Origin: a virus
Taxonomy: Duplodnaviria > Caudoviricetes
Length of the DNA stretch: 64,000 bases
IMG/VR virus record: IMGVR_UViG_3300025437_000009
Strand: one strand, 5' to 3'
The notes under the pieces were generated by a model. It was not told the origin of the DNA and made no database searches. It saw only the letters and a list, made by a program, of their open reading frames with translations. Shown one piece after another: positions 47,447 to 56,022 of this stretch (position 1 is the stretch's first letter; each line of letters opens with the position of its first letter). Made by a program: the position numbers and the translations under genes.

Positions 47447-48431
47447 CAGGATAACTAGCTTCTAAAAATCTAACATAACTGTCGGACTGCTCCGACATCT
47501 TGATCAAATCGTACTTGCCACAGAACTTTAAGAACTGTGCGCCTACCATTGGGCGATTAAGCGGTACTGCACCCTCGGCAATAGTTTCTGCTATCTTAAC
47601 TTTAATATCATCTGGTTGTGCAGTTAAATCAACCAGTGTTACGTTGCGATTATAGTCATCTAAAACTCTGTGCTCATCTCCGTTATGATCGGTCCAGCGT
47701 TGTAGCATTAGGTTATTCCAAGCAAAGCCTTTCGCTGTTTTGTCGTTAAATGCCTCAAGGAGTCCCACTTTATTTTTACTTCCCACTTTACGCACCCCTG
47801 GGAATGCCGAGAAAACGTTATCTGTGGGGTCGCCCCGCATACATTTTTCGAAAAGAATCCACTTAGGATCCGGAATGACTTTTGGTTCCTTAGTCTTTTT
47901 ATCGATGACTGCTTTACCTTTTTTGTCGAAAATACCTTGTATAGTATGGAGCTCATCTGAAATTCCGTTATATTGATTTACGTTTTCTGCCAGTAGTTGA
48001 TAAAAGTCTGTATCGCTTGATACAATAGTATGATGATCTTGGGGATGGCTTTGAATCCAACCTGCGATTAGATCATCAGCTTCTAAGTTAGGATGTTGCA
48101 ATACTGTACAGTTTGTTCGATTAGCAAGAAACTCTTTAAGATTATCAAAGGTTTCCCAAAACAGTCGATCTTCTTCAGCTTCTGCTTCGGTTAGAGCAGC
48201 ACGGGCAACTGCACGATTCTTTTTATAGGGTTCGTAAAAGTCTTTGCGCCAGCTACGTCCTTCTAAACAGAAAATAACGTGATCAGCTTTTTGATCTCTA
48301 AAACTCTTACTAACACTATTTAGTGTCACATGAATAGCAAATCCTAGCTTATCCCAGGTATCTGCCTGACGGTGGGCGGCGTGGCGAGCACGGAAGAATG
48401 TATTAGCGGTGTCAACAAGTAGATATCTCAT
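47436..48431 (-). CDS. rnh: RNase H / 5'-3' flap exonuclease (T4 rnh-like)
   Basis: LLVDTAN, EADDLIA, IVSSDTDFYQL, KCMRGDPTDNV; start MRYLLVD. Confidence 0.9.
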   Translation of the reverse strand: MRYLLVDTANTFFRARHAAHRQADTWDKLGFAIHVTLNSVSKSFRDQKADHVIFCLEGRSWRKDFYEPYKKNRAVARAALTEAEAEEDRLFWETFDNLKEFLANRTNCTVLQHPNLEADDLIAGWIQSHPQDHHTIVSSDTDFYQLLAENVNQYNGISDELHTIQGIFDKKGKAVIDKKTKEPKVIPDPKWILFEKCMRGDPTDNVFSAFPGVRKVGSKNKVGLLEAFNDKTAKGFAWNNLMLQRWTDHNGDEHRVLDDYNRNVTLVDLTAQPDDIKVKIAETIAEGAVPLNRPMVGAQFLKFCGKYDLIKMSEQSDSYVRFLEASYPDDK

Positions 48432-48437
48432 AACATT

Positions 48438-48466
48438 ATAGTAGCATATAATGATTATTGTGTCAA
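48438..48466 (-). promoter_or_regulatory. sigma70-type promoter
   Basis: TTGACA-N17-TACTAT; shares TTGACACAATAATC with the 45476 promoter. Confidence 0.7.
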
Positions 48467-49201
48467 GTTCTTTTGTATAAGAGTTTGATAAAGGAATTCG
48501 GCCCAAGCACAATGGGCGTCTGCACCAAAATGATAGCTGTTTGGATTAACTGTTTTGAATCCTTTTGCTAGTAACCATTCATAGTAGGTGCCACTTCGAT
48601 TGTAAGGATCGATATAACTGCCCTCCCAATCGTACTCTTGTGCTCCTAGATAGCCTAAGTTTTTAATGTGACTAAAGTCGCGGTAGGTATTAAAGAATAG
48701 ATGTGGTATTTTTCTACTGTTTAAATCTTCGTGTAGTTTCCAAATACGGTCGTGTACTTCAACTATCTTATTGTTTATTACTGAATGGTCACTTTGTTCA
48801 ATAACCCATTTTTTATAACGTTCTTTGAGTGAATTGGGCACAGTATCAGTTCCACTGGCAGTAACTTGATAGTAAGTACCTTCATAGGACCATTCTTCTC
48901 TTTCCCAGGTTGACCAACCAATTACTATATAGTCGGGTCTGTTCACGGGCATATTCTGTACACCCTGCAGATGATTCCATGTGGTCCTAAAAATACGATC
49001 GTTACTAGCAGCCGACTCTGCGTCACATTCTAAAATGGCACCCATAAGGTTAGCTAGTTCGCAACCGTAACTAGCACGTAGATTATCGGGGTGTGGTTGT
49101 CGTCCTAATGCCCAGTACAAGGGATCATCTTGGGCAAATGCATATTTGTTGACTGCCTCTGCTCCGGCAGAATGGCTATCGCCGTTTACATATAAGATCA
49201 A
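48455..49201 (-). CDS. SGNH-fold protein
   Basis: YVNGDSHSAG, ASNDRIFR, IGWSTWEREE, YHFGADAH. Confidence 0.6.
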   Translation of the reverse strand: MILYVNGDSHSAGAEAVNKYAFAQDDPLYWALGRQPHPDNLRASYGCELANLMGAILECDAESAASNDRIFRTTWNHLQGVQNMPVNRPDYIVIGWSTWEREEWSYEGTYYQVTASGTDTVPNSLKERYKKWVIEQSDHSVINNKIVEVHDRIWKLHEDLNSRKIPHLFFNTYRDFSHIKNLGYLGAQEYDWEGSYIDPYNRSGTYYEWLLAKGFKTVNPNSYHFGADAHCAWAEFLYQTLIQKNLTQ

Positions 49202-49686
49202 GAAACTTCAGTCTTTCCGTTGCCTAGATCTGTACGGTTGATAACTCTGGGACGTTCATTATAGGGCTGATTAGCTTCCCATTGCTCAAAGTTTTCTTGA
49301 GCAATATTTCGACAGATTTCTTGAAACCAACGATCGACAATATCGGAATCTGGTTCGTTGGGTTTGGTCTGATACCCGGCACGTACTAGATTAGCAACAA
49401 ACTTGTCGTTCCAATCTAATTCAAATGCACCATTGCCGATATTTTCTGGATCCAGTTCCACACTAAGAATAGCCACATAAGGCTCGCCCTTGGCAGTAGC
49501 AATGTCCTTAGGACTTTTACTACGAACTTTTAAAGTTTCTTTGGGCTTGGGTGCGGCCACGGTAGGTTTTGCTTTAGTTGACGTAACCTTTTTTGCAGGC
49601 GCTTTTTTTGCTGTGGTCGCAGAGCTTGCGGGGTTCTTTTTAGCAACCGTTTTCTTAGGTGTTGGGGTTTTCTTTTTTGTTGCCAT
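49198..49686 (-). CDS. Hypothetical protein with Lys-rich N-terminal tail
   Basis: Histone-like K/A/T/P tail followed by GEPYV..G.FELDWN..F. Confidence 0.75.
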   Translation of the reverse strand: MATKKKTPTPKKTVAKKNPASSATTAKKAPAKKVTSTKAKPTVAAPKPKETLKVRSKSPKDIATAKGEPYVAILSVELDPENIGNGAFELDWNDKFVANLVRAGYQTKPNEPDSDIVDRWFQEICRNIAQENFEQWEANQPYNERPRVINRTDLGNGKTEVS

Positions 49687-49687
49687 A

Positions 49688-49951
49688 CTAATTTCCTTTT
49701 AATTTCCATATAATATGTTCTGTAGTTTCGTGATATCTGAACTCAACCACAGGTTCGCCTGGGCCTGTCCACATTGCTGTGCCTTCGTAGACAAACTGTA
49801 AAAATAACCAACGACCGGTTAAGGAACTACGTTTTGGTAACCATAAAAACTTTAATCGCCAATGGGCACGATTATAGAAAGCATCGTAAGTTTCATCCAT
49901 GCCTGTATATAAGCCTTGTGGAAACATTACTTGCCCCAGCCATTGCCCCAT
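49688..49951 (-). CDS. Hypothetical protein
   Basis: Trp-rich ORF; start uncertain. Confidence 0.55.
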   Translation of the reverse strand: MGQWLGQVMFPQGLYTGMDETYDAFYNRAHWRLKFLWLPKRSSLTGRWLFLQFVYEGTAMWTGPGEPVVEFRYHETTEHIIWKLKGN

Positions 49952-50787
49952 AGGTCCACATGCAATCTGGGACTATAATTAAATCCACGTTCGCAACAGA
50001 TATTGGCAATGTTTAGTTTATTTGATTCGTATGGATCAACAACACCACCCTGCGGCATTAAGTATACGGTACCTTTAAATCCACCTGCACGGAAAGCATC
50101 CACAGCACGTGTAGCTTCATTAACATGATCTTCAGTTTCAACAACAAACTTAAGATATACATGTCCATATGTTTGATAGATATTAACAATTAGTGGCTTA
50201 ATAGCATCATCCCACGATTCGCCTGATGCTGATAGTTTAGCACTGACTGAGAATGTAACTTCACGACCTGAACCAGCATCGGCCCAGTCAATCAAGTAAT
50301 CGCGGAAGTCTTCATGTAATTCTTGAGTACCATTTGTTTCAAACGTAATGTTCTTTAAGTCTGCCATACGTGGATGACTTAACAAATCAGCATAAGCACG
50401 TTGCCAGCCTAAAAGTGGCTCACCGCCAGTAATAACTAAATGTACATCATTGCCATTGTTCTGTACCCAACTACCGTTGGGAGTTAGGGCTAACATCTTG
50501 TCTACAAGTTCATCTGTAGTGTATGTTGGAGACAAATGTTTGAACGCAGGATGCCATGACGCATATGAATCACAGCCTGTTTCTACTAAAGGAAGATCTA
50601 AAAAATCTTTATACAGTTCTACCTTTTTAGCAACTTCATCTGCACCTGTAGACTTTTCACCAGGCTTACACCCAAACCCTGAACAGGTAAAGTTACATCC
50701 ATAAGTTCTTAAGAATACACTAGGTACTCCCACAAAGCGACCTTCGCCTTGTAGACTGTAAAATATTTCACTGACTTTAATCTTCAT
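49927..50787 (-). CDS. queE: 7-carboxy-7-deazaguanine synthase (radical SAM)
   Basis: SEIFYSLQGEG, VFLRTYGCNFTC, CDS, VITGGEPLL, ITFETNGT, SPRLHVDLWGN. Confidence 0.88.
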   Translation of the reverse strand: MKIKVSEIFYSLQGEGRFVGVPSVFLRTYGCNFTCSGFGCKPGEKSTGADEVAKKVELYKDFLDLPLVETGCDSYASWHPAFKHLSPTYTTDELVDKMLALTPNGSWVQNNGNDVHLVITGGEPLLGWQRAYADLLSHPRMADLKNITFETNGTQELHEDFRDYLIDWADAGSGREVTFSVSAKLSASGESWDDAIKPLIVNIYQTYGHVYLKFVVETEDHVNEATRAVDAFRAGGFKGTVYLMPQGGVVDPYESNKLNIANICCERGFNYSPRLHVDLWGNGWGK

Positions 50788-51033
50788 ATATTTTTGACCA
50801 TTCAACTAATTTTTGACTCTTACGCAACTGCGCCGCACGCAATTCTGCATCTGTATATACCTGATGTGCTTTGAGCAATTCTATTAATAGTGTAACATCT
50901 CCTAGCTCTTGAGTCAAGTGTTCTCTTTGGGTACCACCGTCTTTGTACCGATTTTCCATACCAAAGCGGCGGCATTTACTAATAGCCTGTATAACCTCAG
51001 CACACTCCTCTTGGAGTATGTCTAAGATTTCAT
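50777..51033 (-). CDS. MazG-like NTP pyrophosphohydrolase
   Basis: LQEECAEVIQAISK..RFG...L.QELGDV; a TAATG overlap with queD suggests start 51033. Confidence 0.75.
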
Positions 51034-51539
51034 TAACCTTCGAAGAGGTCTTCATTCCACTCACGATGTCCTTCACGGAACGCCATATTGCTTTGTGTTT
51101 CACGTACTTCTACACGATAACACCAAAGTCGATCAGCTTCTGCTTGACCCCACATGTCGGGAATATAAACTCCGTTTACAAACTTGTATAGTTGATCGGC
51201 TAGACCTTCACAACCTAGTTTAGGTAGGACGGTTAGTTTAGCTAGATTCTTTTCTTGCAATAATTTGTATGTTTCAAGCTCAGGATCATCCTCGGCTACT
51301 AATAATGTATGATCAAATTGACTTTCAAGAATGCCTTTGAGTTCTTTAAGACCGCCGTAGTCGGCAGCCCAATTACGCACATCTAGGTCATCTGTACCAA
51401 AGTAAAATTTCATACTAAACGAATAGCCGTGAATTAAGTTACAGTGACTATCAGCTCGCCATTGGCGATATGCACAGGGAAATGCATCGTGATACTCTTT
51501 AGTACTTGTGTACTTGTACTGCCTAGATTGGTTTGCCAT
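51033..51539 (-). CDS. queD: 6-carboxytetrahydropterin synthase (QueD/PTPS T-fold)
   Basis: SHCNLIHGY, DYGGLK, FDHTLLV, GCEGLA, VEVRET. Confidence 0.88.
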   Translation of the reverse strand: MANQSRQYKYTSTKEYHDAFPCAYRQWRADSHCNLIHGYSFSMKFYFGTDDLDVRNWAADYGGLKELKGILESQFDHTLLVAEDDPELETYKLLQEKNLAKLTVLPKLGCEGLADQLYKFVNGVYIPDMWGQAEADRLWCYRVEVRETQSNMAFREGHREWNEDLFEG

Positions 51540-51546
51540 TATAAAT

Positions 51547-51612
51547 CTCCTATGTTAATTATAGCATAGGCGGCAGAATTTGTAAAGCGGGATGACGCCG
51601 AAAGGCCGCTGA
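51547..51612 (-). ncRNA. Candidate cis-regulatory RNA (pseudoknot plus RBS-sequestering hairpin) in the queD leader; alternatively a sigma70 promoter
   Basis: AGCGG/CCGCU stem; loop CGGCG can pair with downstream UGCCG; CCUAUG/CAUAGG hairpin covers AGGAG. The same DNA also reads TTTACA-N17-TATAAT. Confidence 0.45.
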
Positions 51613-51626
51613 TTTTGGGAATATAA

Positions 51627-51806
51627 CTATTTATCTTGCGCAACTGGTGGTGAAACATTTGTGTCCACTTTAGTTGTATCAATTCCCATCTTTTTAGATA
51701 AGTATGGATCGATGTAAGGTTTATTAACAGTTTCATCTGCAACATTCCACCCCACGGCACTGACAAATCCTACTAATAACCAAGTTCCAATAAGTTCGAG
51801 TATCAA
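51627..51806 (-). CDS. Small membrane protein (59 aa, TTG start)
   Basis: MILELIGTWLLVGFVSAVGWNVAD...; fills the gap exactly; translated by hand. Confidence 0.55.
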   Translation of the reverse strand: MILELIGTWLLVGFVSAVGWNVADETVNKPYIDPYLSKKMGIDTTKVDTNVSPPVAQDK

Positions 51807-52364
51807 TTAACGCCACCACTCTTCCCAGGGGAACACAGCCCACTGTGGTTCTTCATTTTTGTTAATACTTAGACCCATGTAATCCACATCTTTGAATTCA
51901 CTAGCTTCATTATTGATTAGTACAGCAAAGCGTACATTATTACCAAATACATTTGCCCAACGTGAATTATCTGGCAGACAACTTGATTGCCAATCTTTTC
52001 GAATCCAGTTAAGGGTAGCACCCGTGTCGTTGATGTCATCTACTATGAGAATATTTTTAGCATGTAGGCTAAAATCAAACGCACCATCTCCGCCTAAGGC
52101 TTTATAACTTCCATCAATCCAGCCAAATGCATCTTCGGCCATCCACAAGTTAGATTCTGGCCCAGCAAGGTCGTCGCGGAAACTTACTTTAAGTGTTTCC
52201 ATTGGTACATCTAAGTATTGACTCAGCATGTTAGCAGGAACTAGACCGCCACGTGTAAGACCTACAACGTAATCGGGCTTCCAACCATCGGCATTCATTG
52301 CACGAATAATTTCGTGTATCCAACCTTTAACAGTTGATTCTTTATAAAATACTTTTCTAGACAT
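51807..52364 (-). CDS. Type I phosphoribosyltransferase (purine PRTase-like)
   Basis: VVGLTRGGLVPA, ILIVDDINDTGATL, W.VFPWE. Confidence 0.88.
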   Translation of the reverse strand: MSRKVFYKESTVKGWIHEIIRAMNADGWKPDYVVGLTRGGLVPANMLSQYLDVPMETLKVSFRDDLAGPESNLWMAEDAFGWIDGSYKALGGDGAFDFSLHAKNILIVDDINDTGATLNWIRKDWQSSCLPDNSRWANVFGNNVRFAVLINNEASEFKDVDYMGLSINKNEEPQWAVFPWEEWWR

Positions 52365-52680
52365 ATTGTTCTGCTTCTTTTAAATTATGTGATTGTACGT
52401 GATCTATAAACTTTAATAAAAACATGCTTGCTGTACTTGCATCGGCACCATCAAAACGGATTAGTGTTAGATTAGTCCCATCTTTAGTTACATAACTAGG
52501 CTTTGCTTTACCGTATTGTACTTGTTTTATAGTATGTTCGCGACCTCGCCAGTCATATTCTTTAAGCATTGTGGCTTTTCCGCCAATCATGTTAAACCAC
52601 TCGCCCATTTCATCGGAGAGTTCTTTTACATAAAACCGAATTTCATAAGCTACCCGACATCCTGGTGGTAATTGAATCAT
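52357..52680 (-). CDS. Hypothetical protein
   Basis: ORF in the operon. Confidence 0.65.
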   Translation of the reverse strand: MIQLPPGCRVAYEIRFYVKELSDEMGEWFNMIGGKATMLKEYDWRGREHTIKQVQYGKAKPSYVTKDGTNLTLIRFDGADASTASMFLLKFIDHVQSHNLKEAEQYV

Positions 52681-53030
52681 TGTTCTTCTGTTAAAGTTAA
52701 TACCATTTTAAGTTGTTCTTGTGCTAGTTCATACTTGGCCAGTGCATCTGCTACAGTAGCATTTTTAGCCGCAAGTTCTTTGATCTTTGATTCTTCAGAC
52801 ATTTTCTTTTGGCACCAATCTAGGGCACTAATAGCTGCACCGCTTAGGCTAACTTCAGCACTGGTACCAAACTGAATCCAAGTGCTTCCATTAAACACTT
52901 CCATATTATTACCATTCATACGAATCATGCCAGTGGCTGGATTATTATGGTCAGGGTAAATGTACGGACTGTTATTAAATCCTGAGACATTTAAATATCC
53001 TGAAGTATTGGAATAGATGCTGTTAATCAT
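52677..53030 (-). CDS. Hypothetical protein
   Basis: G.IR.NG..MEVF.GS.W domain followed by a coiled coil. Confidence 0.65.
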   Translation of the reverse strand: MINSIYSNTSGYLNVSGFNNSPYIYPDHNNPATGMIRMNGNNMEVFNGSTWIQFGTSAEVSLSGAAISALDWCQKKMSEESKIKELAAKNATVADALAKYELAQEQLKMVLTLTEEQ

Positions 53031-53254
53031 TTTTCAATATCCCGCAAACGAATACTTAAATCGCGAACATCGGTAATAAGTTGATTTTCGATCTTACTTA
53101 CAAGTTTTTTTAGTCGAGCGAGTCTGACGTGAGCATACACGATCGCAACAACTACGGCAGTAAAGGTCAATCCCCACCCAGCAATAATACCAACAATCCA
53201 AGACCAAAGGCCATTTACTTCACCAACTAAAGTTTGTATAGTTTGTGCTATCAT
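53027..53254 (-). CDS. Small membrane protein
   Basis: One hydrophobic segment plus a coiled coil. Confidence 0.6.
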   Translation of the reverse strand: MIAQTIQTLVGEVNGLWSWIVGIIAGWGLTFTAVVVAIVYAHVRLARLKKLVSKIENQLITDVRDLSIRLRDIEK

Positions 53255-53580
53255 GATCGTAATTTGCTCATAGTAATAATTTTGCCTAGTTCTCTATCAA
53301 AGTCGCTACCATCTGGGATAATGTATAACTCGCCGTTGTTATAATCATTTGTTTGCATCTGTATAATAGTGCCACCATTGGCTGGGGTAATTTTAATAGT
53401 CATTGTTTGACTAGACTGCGGTGCTTGTGCAACCCCATATCCAGCTGGATTAATATTAATAGTTCCTGGTGTGCCACCTAAGGTGTATGACATTGGTTTT
53501 TTATCTTTCTCTATTATAATTCTACCTGCCGCTAACCAGTTTAGTATACTGATGCGGAAATTCTTGAACCATAGCGTCAT
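53251..53580 (-). CDS. Hypothetical protein, paralog of 53577..53849
   Basis: PANGGTIIQ..YIIPDG.DFDRELGKIITMSKLRS. Confidence 0.65.
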   Translation of the reverse strand: MTLWFKNFRISILNWLAAGRIIIEKDKKPMSYTLGGTPGTININPAGYGVAQAPQSSQTMTIKITPANGGTIIQMQTNDYNNGELYIIPDGSDFDRELGKIITMSKLRS

Positions 53581-53849
53581 GAACGCAATAATTCCATGCT
53601 AACAATCTGACCAATACGTTCGCTAATATCTTCGCCGTCGGGGATAACGTGTGTGATATGATTGTTGCGATCAGTCTTGCGATCGTAGCAACGAATCTGT
53701 ACTACAGTTCCACCCTGTGCTGGCATAACATTAAATGACAAGCCTTCTACATCAACAGATCTAGAACCTACTACTACATCTTGCACAGGTTGACAGCTAT
53801 TCCAATCGTCACGAACCCATTTAACTACAATTTTCTTTAGCCATTTCAT
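53577..53849 (-). CDS. Hypothetical protein
   Basis: PAQGGTVVQ..HVIPDG.DISERIGQIVSMELLRS. Confidence 0.65.
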   Translation of the reverse strand: MKWLKKIVVKWVRDDWNSCQPVQDVVVGSRSVDVEGLSFNVMPAQGGTVVQIRCYDRKTDRNNHITHVIPDGEDISERIGQIVSMELLRS

Positions 53850-53947
53850 CTTGGAGCAAAGTCCTGTTGTAATTTGATATTGTCCATAAACTCTTTTTTG
53901 GTTCCTGGATCTGTGTTGAATGCACCTTTTAATACTGTGGTTTTCAT
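53846..53947 (-). pseudogene. Detached duplicate of the FolE C-terminus (33 aa ORF with its own RBS)
   Basis: MKTTVLKGAFNTDPGTKKEFMDNIKLQQDFAPR versus FolE end QTTVLRGAFLKDPATKKEFFDNIALQSRNGK; GGGAG-5nt-ATG. Confidence 0.8.
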
Positions 53948-53948
53948 A

Positions 53949-54071
53949 TCAACTCCCAAAAATGTATTTCACACAGGCCGCGATGATAGCAAATCTCATC
54001 AAGCCCAAAGTCCAGGTATTAGTCCAGAACTTTACTCGTTCCGCAAATTCATACTGTTCAAGAATGTTCAT
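53949..54071 (-). CDS. Small hypothetical protein (40 aa)
   Basis: MNILEQYEFAERVKFWTNTW...; translated by hand. Confidence 0.5.
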   Translation of the reverse strand: MNILEQYEFAERVKFWTNTWTLGLMRFAIIAACVKYIFGS

Positions 54072-54086
54072 TTTTCTTTGCCTCTC

Positions 54087-54266
54087 TTATTTAATATCCC
54101 AAATACCTTTTATGTGTTTAATAACTGTTTGACAGGATTTGACTAATTCTTTATTTGTTGGTGTGCATTGTTGTTCAAATTCAATAATGCCTTCCATTCG
54201 TTGAATAGCAAATTCATCCATAAAGTGTGTAAGGCTTGTATGTTTGTCGTAATGAATTGTTTTCAT
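54087..54266 (-). CDS. Small hypothetical protein (59 aa)
   Basis: MKTIHYDKHTSLTHFMDEF..., ATGA overlap with the upstream ORF. Confidence 0.5.
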   Translation of the reverse strand: MKTIHYDKHTSLTHFMDEFAIQRMEGIIEFEQQCTPTNKELVKSCQTVIKHIKGIWDIK

Positions 54267-54361
54267 TTCTCTTGTGCCTTTCTTATAATTGGTCTAAGCA
54301 TAAACACCCATACAGCGTGACTAACCCACCCAACAATGATACCCCAAACGAATGCGTTCAT
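54263..54361 (-). CDS. Small membrane peptide (32 aa)
   Basis: MNAFVWGIIVGWVSHAVWVFMLRPIIRKAQEK, GGAG RBS. Confidence 0.5.
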   Translation of the reverse strand: MNAFVWGIIVGWVSHAVWVFMLRPIIRKAQEK

Positions 54362-54457
54362 TCTTCAACTCCGAAATGTTTAATACCACTGTTTTTACAG
54401 CAACCAATTTTAACTTTAATCATAAATAAATTATACAGCAATCCTATAGGAAAGTCA

Positions 54458-55126
54458 ATGTTTTTAGATAACAAATATACTAAAGTTTATTACCAAATTA
54501 TTAATCGAGCATTAACACGACCATACAAAAAAGTAAAGAATGATGGATATCAAAAACATCATATTGTTCCAAAATGTATTGGAGGCACTGATTCTACTGA
54601 TAATCTTGTAATACTCAGTTATAAAGAACATAGAGTATGCCATTGTTTACTGATCAAAATGCAACTTACAAAATCAGCAGAAATCAAAATGCGACACGCC
54701 TACGGATTTTTTAATAAGAGTAGCAGATATAATGGGCCACGATATAAACGAGGGAAAGACAATATATTTTCTACTAAGGAAATCGTCGATCAAGTTCGTA
54801 AGCGTATGAAAGAAAACAATCCAATGAAGGATCCACTCTCTCAACAAAAAAGAGTCGATACCTGGAGAGCAAATAGAGCCGCACGAGATTACATTCCGCC
54901 GCGAGTCCTTAAGGACAAATTCATTACGCCAAGCGGCATTTTCAAAACCAAAAAAGAAATACAAAAAGTTGTAGGTATTCCAGAATGGACACTAAACACT
55001 ATCTACAACGATTTAGATGCTTACCCTGTTACAAACGGCAGGGCAAGCAAAAAAATCAATCACTTAAATATCGATCCAACAAAAACTTGGAGAGACAATG
55101 GGTTTGGATTACTTGCCGTTTCTTGA
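54458..55126 (+). mobile_element. Free-standing HNH homing endonuclease gene, antisense to folE
   Basis: KY...Y..II.RA...YQKHHIVPKCIGGTDSTDNLVILSYKEHRVCHCLL; TAAATA and an AGGA RBS upstream of ATG 54458. Confidence 0.85.
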
Positions 55127-55912
55127 TTGTAACGCAATATTGTCAAAGAATTCTTTTTTGGTAGCAGGATCTTTAAGGAATGCTCCGCGAAGAACAGTAG
55201 TTTGAGTCAAAGAGCTGTGTGCCATTATGCCCCTATTGGTGCAACAACCATGTTCACATTCTATATATACACCAATGTTATCGGAATCAGTGGCCTTGCT
55301 TATTTCACGTGCTATATCGTTACATAGCTCTTCTTGTAAAGTACCACGGCGAGCACACCATTGAGCAATGCGAGTATACTTGCTAAGACCAATAAGTTTG
55401 TTTGCGGCAATGATCCCAATATAAGCCACTCCACTAACTGGCTGATGATGATGGCTACACATACTACGAAGTTCAGAGCGTACAACCAACATACCCTCGT
55501 ATCTATCTTCACTGTCGTTTGGAAACGCTGTGGCGTCTGGTCTTGGTGCATATCTACCTTCCATAATTTCATTAAAATACATCTTGGCCAAGCGACGTGC
55601 TGTGCCTTGGCTATTTGGATCAGTTTCTCGATCGATTAATAGGGTATCTAGCACTTGCTCAAACGCTTCTGTAGCTTCATTAATAAGAATTTCTTTATCG
55701 CTTTCGCTTACATAATCACTGATATTGTCTCCAGCCCAGAAACGTTTCTTGTCACGCTTCATATTGAAACGGATAGCATCAGCAAGATTTGCTTCTTCAT
55801 ATCCTTTGTCGCTCATATTCATTGCGGCATCTTCATATCCAGGATGATATGGTGCTTCTTGTACTAGTAAATCTGCTATTTTTTGTTCTTCTGGTGATGC
55901 GTAGTTAGGCAT
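55109..55912 (-). CDS. folE: GTP cyclohydrolase I
   Basis: TARRLAKMY, SMCSHH, GLSKYTR, RGTLQEEL, EHGCCTNRG; start MPNYAS after a GGAG RBS. Confidence 0.95.
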   Translation of the reverse strand: MPNYASPEEQKIADLLVQEAPYHPGYEDAAMNMSDKGYEEANLADAIRFNMKRDKKRFWAGDNISDYVSESDKEILINEATEAFEQVLDTLLIDRETDPNSQGTARRLAKMYFNEIMEGRYAPRPDATAFPNDSEDRYEGMLVVRSELRSMCSHHHQPVSGVAYIGIIAANKLIGLSKYTRIAQWCARRGTLQEELCNDIAREISKATDSDNIGVYIECEHGCCTNRGIMAHSSLTQTTVLRGAFLKDPATKKEFFDNIALQSRNGK

Positions 55913-55952
55913 TCGTTTCTCCGAGTTAGTGTCGTGGATGACTTTATTGTAT

Positions 55953-55981
55953 ATTATAAGGTATTTAGATCTGTGTGTCAA
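55953..55981 (-). promoter_or_regulatory. sigma70-type promoter of folE
   Basis: Perfect TTGACA-N17-TATAAT. Confidence 0.85.
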
Positions 55982-56022
55982 ATATAATTAAATTTATTTG
56001 TCCATTAACGGTTAAATACAGA

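Noticed and set aside
49927-50787. Counting QueE as part of the radical SAM array
   Set aside because: It has a different architecture, clear QueE motifs and sits with queD/folE about 30 kb away.
51539-51766. 75 aa ORF listed upstream of queD
   Set aside because: It runs through the queD RBS and leader; a different frame (51627..51806) fits the gene packing better.
54236-54457. N-terminal extension of the HNH ORF in the track
   Set aside because: It overlaps real - strand small ORFs; TAAATA, the AGGA RBS and the KY..Y..I family start point to ATG 54458.
53948-55126. Group I intron in folE
   Set aside because: folE already has a complete C-terminus before the insert, the HNH is antisense, the insert is filled with small ORFs, and I saw no P/Q/R/S core; a homing cassette with end duplication fits better.
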